A DNA stretch of 64,000 bases, taken from the NCBI GenBank assembly GCA_051532035.1, contig JAOPTW010000033.1:1-64000 (forward strand), written 5' to 3'. Under the pieces are notes generated by a model. That model had not been told where the DNA came from and did no database searches. It saw only the letters and a program-made list of their open reading frames with translations. The number at the start of each line of letters is the position of its first letter. The first letter of the stretch is position 1. The translations under genes were made by a program, and so were the position numbers. Source of the DNA: Fibrobacterales bacterium (GTDB lineage Bacteria; Fibrobacterota; Fibrobacteria; Fibrobacterales; JAOPTW01). Shown piece after piece: positions 58,188 through 64,000 of the stretch.

Positions 58188-60256
58188 TGCCGGGCATAGA
58201 TTCCCTCTCAGCAGGGGTCGTTTATTCTGTTATTTCCATTGCAGTGTGTACAGTATTAATTATCTCGGCCATAATAAGTCCTAAAGGTCGGGGAGTCATT
58301 CCTTTTGCCCTCTTAAATAGTGCACTTCTATTATGGCAATTAGGGAAGGTTATTCAAAATGGTAGTGTCGTTTTGAATACTTCGGTTAATCACGAATTGT
58401 GGCTTTTTATCTCCCAACTCGGTATCTTTTGTTTGCCAGTACTCTTTTTTAATTTTGTAGTCTCTCTGGGGAATGAAAAAAGAACGCTCTTTATTGTGTT
58501 TAAATGGTGTGGGGTATCTGGGGCGATACTTACGACGATATTCTTTGGAGTAAGGCTGAATGTTCAGAGCTCAATTCTCACTTCACTTGGATATTTTCAT
58601 ACAGTGAGTGGAATACACATTTTATTTTTCATTCAGTTTTTAGTGTATATGGGGTTATCATTTTTCCTGCTTTATCCTGCGAAATTTAAAAAAAGACCTC
58701 AGCTCTATAATCAAGCGCGAGTGGTCTTTATTGCGGCAATAATAGGTTCGAGTCTTGGACTTGTTGAGATCATCAATATCTATTATGCTCCTATAACAAC
58801 CTTATCCAATCTTGCCCCTGCCTGTTATGGTATTGTGTTATATTGGACCATGTTTCGATACGATTTTTTAAGTACTCATGATGGCATGAGAAAGCTCACT
58901 GCTGCAGGGATAGCAGTGTTGGGGTATGGGATGTTGTTGTCAGCAGGCTTTTTTGTACTAGCCTATGGCGCTCGAGGCCTCAATATCGATTTATTTCAAT
59001 ATCCTGTTGTCATAAGTGCTATTGTATGTATAGGTGTCCTCAGTGTTAGCGTTGAGTATGTTAAAAAAAGACTTGAGACATACTTTCACCCAATAGAACG
59101 AAAAGGACGAGGAGCACTTCTCGCTCTTATAAATACCGTTCAAAAAGCCCAGCATATTACAGAGATGGCTGGGGATGTTCTACGGCTTTTCGAGGAACAT
59201 TTTGATTTTTATGATGGCAGTATTGTATTGTTCTCTCGTACTGAATCGGGGAATTGTTATGGCTATGAAACATATGGATCTAGGCGAAGTGTCTCGGTAC
59301 TTAAACGAGTAAATCTTGAGCAACATGGCACAATCATGTATCAGCGCAACATTATAGCAGATATGTGGCGGTATGACAAAACTACAGAAAGGTATCGGAG
59401 TGCATACTTCAACTATGCGTTATTGCTTCGTCTTAAGGCTGATGTAGTGGTACCACTTTATTCTAGCGGAGTTATCGTTGGAGCGCTGCTGTGTAAGGAG
59501 AATGTCTCGGTGTCGGAGTCTTATGAGGATATTCGCCCATTTCTCGAAAATGTGAGTGTAATACTCGGAGATGGCATTGGCCAAATGAGCTATTTACAGA
59601 AAAAAGCTGAGAAAGATCATTTAGCTAAGGTGGGAGAGATTACCGCCTCACTTGCACATGAAATCCGAAACCCCCTGCAGGGGATATATGGCGCTGCACA
59701 ATTGTTATTCGAGCAGGATTCAGACTCGGAGCTTGTTTCTATAGTGCTCGATGATACTCGGAGGCTTAATGAATTGGTTGATGAATTTCTGCATTATTCG
59801 CGACCAGAAAAAATGAATCACTCTAATATTTCAGTAAAGAAGTGGCTGGATTCTATGATGGTGCGCTATCGTATGAGTGGTATAAATATTGCCATCACCT
59901 CAGTAGTCGACGATGAAATACTGTATAGTGATGAGCGCATGCTCACCATTGTTCTTACGAATTTGGTGCACAATGCTTCACGATATCAGCGCCCAGGTCG
60001 ACCAGTTGAAATATCAATCAAAAAAGATGTTGGGTGGGAAGTTTCTGTAATGAATCATGGTGCTTCGATAAATCCAGAGCATGTATCCCAATTGTTTGAA
60101 CCATTTTTTACAACAGAGTCAAAAGGTACGGGACTTGGCCTTGCTCTTTCTAAGAAGATTGCCCGCGCTCTTGATGGCGATCTTTATTATAGGCCTCTCA
60201 ATCCAGGGTCTTGCTTTACTCTCTTTATTAAGGATCATAATGAATGCTCAACTTAA
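58187..60256 (+). CDS. Multi-TM sensor histidine kinase (7TM-type N-terminus, GAF-like linker)
   Basis: About 9 hydrophobic helices; LAHEIRNPL, NLVHNA, FEPFFTT, GTGLGL. Confidence 0.9.
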   Translation: MPGIDSLSAGVVYSVISIAVCTVLIISAIISPKGRGVIPFALLNSALLLWQLGKVIQNGSVVLNTSVNHELWLFISQLGIFCLPVLFFNFVVSLGNEKRTLFIVFKWCGVSGAILTTIFFGVRLNVQSSILTSLGYFHTVSGIHILFFIQFLVYMGLSFFLLYPAKFKKRPQLYNQARVVFIAAIIGSSLGLVEIINIYYAPITTLSNLAPACYGIVLYWTMFRYDFLSTHDGMRKLTAAGIAVLGYGMLLSAGFFVLAYGARGLNIDLFQYPVVISAIVCIGVLSVSVEYVKKRLETYFHPIERKGRGALLALINTVQKAQHITEMAGDVLRLFEEHFDFYDGSIVLFSRTESGNCYGYETYGSRRSVSVLKRVNLEQHGTIMYQRNIIADMWRYDKTTERYRSAYFNYALLLRLKADVVVPLYSSGVIVGALLCKENVSVSESYEDIRPFLENVSVILGDGIGQMSYLQKKAEKDHLAKVGEITASLAHEIRNPLQGIYGAAQLLFEQDSDSELVSIVLDDTRRLNELVDEFLHYSRPEKMNHSNISVKKWLDSMMVRYRMSGINIAITSVVDDEILYSDERMLTIVLTNLVHNASRYQRPGRPVEISIKKDVGWEVSVMNHGASINPEHVSQLFEPFFTTESKGTGLGLALSKKIARALDGDLYYRPLNPGSCFTLFIKDHNECST

Positions 60257-61568
60257 AGGCTCAGTCCTTGTCGTAGATGATGAACCACATATTCGAAAAA
60301 TAGTTTCTCTTGCTTTGAGTTCTCTAGGTATTACAGTCTTTGAATCACCCAGTGGAGAGGCTGCCCTAGAAGTGGTGAAAGAAGAGTCTATTGATGTCGT
60401 GATTTCAGATCTTCAAATGCCTGGAATGAATGGTGACCAACTAATAGTACAGCTCAAAGAAGAACAACCTCATATTCAGTCAATTGTTATTACAGCATAT
60501 GGTGACATGGAAACCGTTGTTAAAGTAATGAGAGCGGGGGCATCGGATTTTATTGCCAAGCCTTTTGAAAATAGTGAATTACGTACAATCGTGACAAAAT
60601 TATTAAAAGGACGCACCTTACAAGCTGACACTATTAATACGCTTCCTGTTGGAAAAGTTGTTTCCGGGGTGATAGGAGAGAGCGCCTCTTTTAAAGAGTC
60701 TCTTGCCCTTGCGCTCAAGGCGGCTCGAGCTGATTCATCAGTCTTGATTCTTGGAGAGAGTGGGACGGGTAAAGAGGTTATTGCAAAGACTATTCATGCT
60801 GAGAGTACTCGGTCTTCGGGACCTTTTGTCGCCGTGAATTGTGGCGCAATTCCTGAGAACCTTATAGAAAGTGAACTCTTTGGCTATATGAAAGGTGCAT
60901 TCACTGGGGCTCAGCATGATAAACCAGGGAAATTTGAAATGGCAAATGGCGGGACTGTTTTTCTCGATGAAATTGGAGAGATGCCTTTAGTTATGCAAGT
61001 AAAACTTCTCAGGGTTATACAGGAACGGATGATAGACCGCGTTGGAGGATTTACTTCAATTCCTGTTGATTTTAGAATTATAGGAGCGACTCATAGAAAC
61101 CTCGAAAAAGAAGTTGCTGAGGGGCGATTCAGAGAGGATCTCTATTATCGACTTAATGTAGTCCCCATACTTCTTCCCCCATTGTCTCGTCGAGGTGATG
61201 ATGTTTTTCTACTGGCAAATCATTTTTTGACTGCTTTTAATAAACGGTATAGTATGGGGTACTCGTTAACTTCTGAGAATAGAGAGACTTTAATGAGGTA
61301 TCCTTGGCCAGGAAATATTCGTGAATTAGAAAATGTTCTTGAACGAGCGGTGGTACTAGGAGATGGTAAACAGTTAACCTTTTCAATAGGTGAAAAGGGA
61401 GCGAGTACACCTCAACCTACCATGAAATTAGAACAGAAAGAGGTTGAGCGAAAGTCAATTGTGTCAGCATTAGATGCATGTCGCTGGAATAAAACAAAAA
61501 CTGCCGAATACCTTGGTATCAGCAGAAGAAGTTTATTGTATAAAGTAAAAGCCTTTGAAATCTCTTAA
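60240..61568 (+). CDS. Sigma-54-dependent response regulator (REC-AAA+-Fis HTH)
   Basis: VVDDE, SDLQMP, GESGTGKE, GAFTGA, FLDEIGE, WPGNIREL, AEYLGISRRSL. Confidence 0.95.
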   Translation: MNAQLKGSVLVVDDEPHIRKIVSLALSSLGITVFESPSGEAALEVVKEESIDVVISDLQMPGMNGDQLIVQLKEEQPHIQSIVITAYGDMETVVKVMRAGASDFIAKPFENSELRTIVTKLLKGRTLQADTINTLPVGKVVSGVIGESASFKESLALALKAARADSSVLILGESGTGKEVIAKTIHAESTRSSGPFVAVNCGAIPENLIESELFGYMKGAFTGAQHDKPGKFEMANGGTVFLDEIGEMPLVMQVKLLRVIQERMIDRVGGFTSIPVDFRIIGATHRNLEKEVAEGRFREDLYYRLNVVPILLPPLSRRGDDVFLLANHFLTAFNKRYSMGYSLTSENRETLMRYPWPGNIRELENVLERAVVLGDGKQLTFSIGEKGASTPQPTMKLEQKEVERKSIVSALDACRWNKTKTAEYLGISRRSLLYKVKAFEIS

Positions 61569-61574
61569 AGTCTT

Positions 61575-62471
61575 CTATTGTCTTTTAGATGAGTAAGTGA
61601 TTTTCTTATCATAAAACTTTTGTTTATAGTTCAAGGTGTATGTTTGTTGAGGGGCAATGTGAATATGAAACGGATTGGGCTGATATTCGAGAGACTTTTT
61701 CCATTTTCCTTTTCGAGTAATTGAGCCATGCTTTAAAGTGATGATATTGTTTCCCGGTGGGATTTTTTCTTCTATAATGAGAAAGCTTTTATTTAATCTA
61801 TTAATAATTGGGCTGATGCCTAAAAATATACCATTTACATATACCTTAACCCGTTGCATTGGGACTGAACGGTCGGTAAAAAGAGCCGCCTTTGGTTTGC
61901 AGTGTATTTTAAGAATGCTCAGAGCCTCGCTCATAGAAGCACTAGTTTGGCGTAGATCCCTGTCATTTTGATGGCTTTGAGCGAGCCCTGAGGAGTTAGG
62001 CTGCTTAAGCTGGTTTCGTAACAGTGTGGCAACTGCTGGAATAAGTTCCATAAAGCGAGAGTAGGCCTTTGTCGCTGATGCAGCCACAACAATTGACCCG
62101 TCAATGACTGCAATTACCCTGATGTCGAGTCGATATTGAGAACCGATTTTATTAAAAGAGCCCACAATAATTTGGTCGGCACCCAACCATTCACCAAGCA
62201 TTATGTTATTTTCTTTTGTCAATCCTATTCGTTCAATGTTTAATGCTTGGATTGCCGTTTCGATTTTCGTTCGCTCAACAAGTTTAATGGACCGACTTTT
62301 TAGTAGTTCGGTAATCAGCATATCTGGCATGCCCGAAACAAAAGAGTGATGATTCTTAGTGTTATTTTTGATTTCGATGACAGCTAACAAGGCTTGATTG
62401 TTTTTATCTTGTGCTACCACAACTGTAGTAGCAAAGATTAAAATGAATATATAGAACATTTGCATTTTCAT
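61575..62471 (-). CDS. Exported CsgG/FlgO-like domain protein with C-terminal beta-rich domain
   Basis: Signal peptide; DMLITEL...LVER...LGADQIIVGS...LDIRVI; GAGG RBS. Confidence 0.7.
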   Translation of the reverse strand: MKMQMFYIFILIFATTVVVAQDKNNQALLAVIEIKNNTKNHHSFVSGMPDMLITELLKSRSIKLVERTKIETAIQALNIERIGLTKENNIMLGEWLGADQIIVGSFNKIGSQYRLDIRVIAVIDGSIVVAASATKAYSRFMELIPAVATLLRNQLKQPNSSGLAQSHQNDRDLRQTSASMSEALSILKIHCKPKAALFTDRSVPMQRVKVYVNGIFLGISPIINRLNKSFLIIEEKIPPGNNIITLKHGSITRKGKWKKSLEYQPNPFHIHIAPQQTYTLNYKQKFYDKKITYSSKRQ

Positions 62472-62493
62472 GATAGTAACCTCGATACTGTTA

Positions 62494-63444
62494 TTAAAAG
62501 AGTCTTTGAGCGATAGACTTAAGGGGAAGTACACCTGAGAAGTTTACGTTAACCGAGAGGTCTCCTTCTTTTATTGAATTTTTATATGAGTGTTTAATAC
62601 CAGAGTCGATAAATAACCAGTTTTGCACATAAAAACGTACTCCAAAAAGATTTTCAATAAGGCGGCTGTGAGAAAGAACGCTTTCTTCAATATGCTCTGC
62701 ATTTACGGGTGTGATGTAATTACATTCATAAATAAATAATTTATCACTGCTTTCCTGCCATGTTAAACCAATGCCGCCTTCTATGGCGCCTGCACCAAAC
62801 TCTTTTTCAATAGGATTAGGTACTGATGTCTCTGTGATTCTATCATTGGTGTATTTTACTCCTGGATAGATGTTAAATATATGATTGCTTGTTGAGAATT
62901 GTTTCGCCAACATTAGTTCAACAAACTGACGTTCTATTTGATACCGTATATCTTTTTTGTTTCTAAAGGTCTTAGATACATTCGAACCGGCTGAAACTGA
63001 AACAAGGGGAAAGTTCTTGGTTTCGTTTATGACCTGAAGCTTCATATAGCCATTAAAATAGTTGGTAAGCTTGTCAGCGTCAGAATGATATGGATCATAT
63101 TGGTACCCAAGTTCAATGATATCTCCGAGCCCAATTGCAATTGAACCGTAGAGTTTTTTCATGGAAAAGTTTGAAATGGCATCATGTATATTGCCACTGC
63201 CATTAATGCCAATGGAATAAGATTCAAGAACTTTTGCAGTTTTCATTTGTAGAAGTTTAGGGAGGTGGTGTGGTTTCGATGTTGAAATTGAAGGAGAGTC
63301 ATCCTCTTCAACTCCTATTTGTTCGTCATAACTGACATTTTCAATAGGTGCCTCTTCAAAAGTTTGACTCCATGCAGGTGTTATGGCCATATACGAGAGA
63401 GTTGAGAAGGTAAGTGCTTTTTTAATTGTTTTTAACATTGTCAT
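62494..63444 (-). CDS. Exported beta-barrel-like protein (YjbH-like N-terminal motifs)
   Basis: Signal peptide, acidic linker, LLQMKTAKVL, KLQVINETKNFPLVSV, alternating strands; GAGG RBS. Confidence 0.55.
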   Translation of the reverse strand: MTMLKTIKKALTFSTLSYMAITPAWSQTFEEAPIENVSYDEQIGVEEDDSPSISTSKPHHLPKLLQMKTAKVLESYSIGINGSGNIHDAISNFSMKKLYGSIAIGLGDIIELGYQYDPYHSDADKLTNYFNGYMKLQVINETKNFPLVSVSAGSNVSKTFRNKKDIRYQIERQFVELMLAKQFSTSNHIFNIYPGVKYTNDRITETSVPNPIEKEFGAGAIEGGIGLTWQESSDKLFIYECNYITPVNAEHIEESVLSHSRLIENLFGVRFYVQNWLFIDSGIKHSYKNSIKEGDLSVNVNFSGVLPLKSIAQRLF

Positions 63445-63491
63445 AGTGTCCTCATTTGTTGGATTCATTTACTGATTATGGTTGATAGTAA

Positions 63492-63508
63492 TGCAAGAGG
63501 CGTGCCAA
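63492..63508 (-). promoter_or_regulatory. Sigma-54 (-24/-12) promoter
   Basis: Minus strand TTGGCACGCCTCTTGCA matches TGGCACG-N4-TTGCW, about 50 nt before ATG 63444. Confidence 0.85.
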
Positions 63509-63555
63509 TATGTAAATAGGCATTTATGGCCCATAATCATAGATTGTGGAGAAGA

Positions 63556-63598
63556 GTGCGCAATGTATTGCGCACATTGTTTTGCGCACTTTGCGCAA
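63556..63598. promoter_or_regulatory. Putative upstream activator (enhancer) array
   Basis: Four TGCGCA at 63557, 63569, 63583, 63592; first pair forms GTGCGCAAT-gt-ATTGCGCAC. Confidence 0.65.
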
Positions 63599-63759
63599 GA
63601 GGGTTTTAATTAAAGGGTATTATAGATTTAAGCAAGGCATTGCTACGGAGCTTGTGACTCATATTGAGAAGGTGTTTACTGATTGTGTATCATATACCTA
63701 TTTCAGGGCATAGACTTACAGTAACGCATAAGAATGGAACAGTTAAAGATACTTGATAA

Positions 63760-64000
63760 TTATTTTTTCAATATCTCAAGAGTACGCGTTACGATGCCGA
63801 GTGCATCAATGCCACATTCAGTATGCTGTTCTTCTTGAGTTGCATGATCAATAAAAATGTCGGGGATACCGAAGCGGTTGAGTGAGCCTTTGTAGCTTGA
63901 TTCAAGAGCGTGTTCTGCTACAGCACTCCCAAATCCACCTGTGATACAACCATCTTCAACAGTGATGATGTGATCATATTTCTTAAAAATGGAATCAAGG
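63760..64000 (-). CDS. dxs: 1-deoxy-D-xylulose-5-phosphate synthase, C-terminal part (continues beyond window)
   Basis: Manual translation ...IITVEDGCITGGFGSAVAE...FGIPDIFIDHATQEEQ..ECGIDA..LKK*; not in the ORF track. Confidence 0.85.
   Translation of the reverse strand, partial: LDSIFKKYDHIITVEDGCITGGFGSAVAEHALESSYKGSLNRFGIPDIFIDHATQEEQHTECGIDALGIVTRTLEILKK

Overview
AT-rich bacterial chromosomal window. The lineage is inferred to be FCB-group, most like Fibrobacterota, from a T9SS-like C-terminal domain, TAnnTTTG-type promoter boxes, a DacB-DUF1460 fusion and tandem S41 lipoproteins; this was not confirmed by any search. It opens with rplJ-rplL-rpoB-rpoC-rpsL-rpsG, which ends at a strong terminator with no fusA/tuf and is followed by an actinobacterial-looking hisE-hisG pair. 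The rest is a mosaic of housekeeping genes (aroD, hom, nth, aroA, trmH, phosphomannomutase, cmoM, glpD, trmO, bioA, lipA, the dxs 3' end) and envelope or regulatory genes. I found no rRNA, tRNA, CRISPR array or transposase. Main leads: (1) a self-contained sigma-54 envelope module at 57.6-63.6 kb, with an OM barrel-like gene, a multi-TM kinase and a GAFTGA regulator facing a YjbH-like/CsgG-like operon that has a consensus -24/-12 promoter and a TGCGCA enhancer array; (2) two copies of a ~105-nt structured intergenic element with covarying stems and conserved internal loops; (3) an unannotated frameshifted Kazal-inhibitor pseudogene; (4) an LPP20-like/TPR-SLH/FlgT-like operon with tandem CRP-like boxes; (5) unusual architectures: a GGDEF-like domain on a priming glycosyltransferase, a UvrD lacking subdomain 2B, an acyltransferase-ACP-ligase fusion and a solo Schlafen. 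All product calls come from motif recognition by eye.
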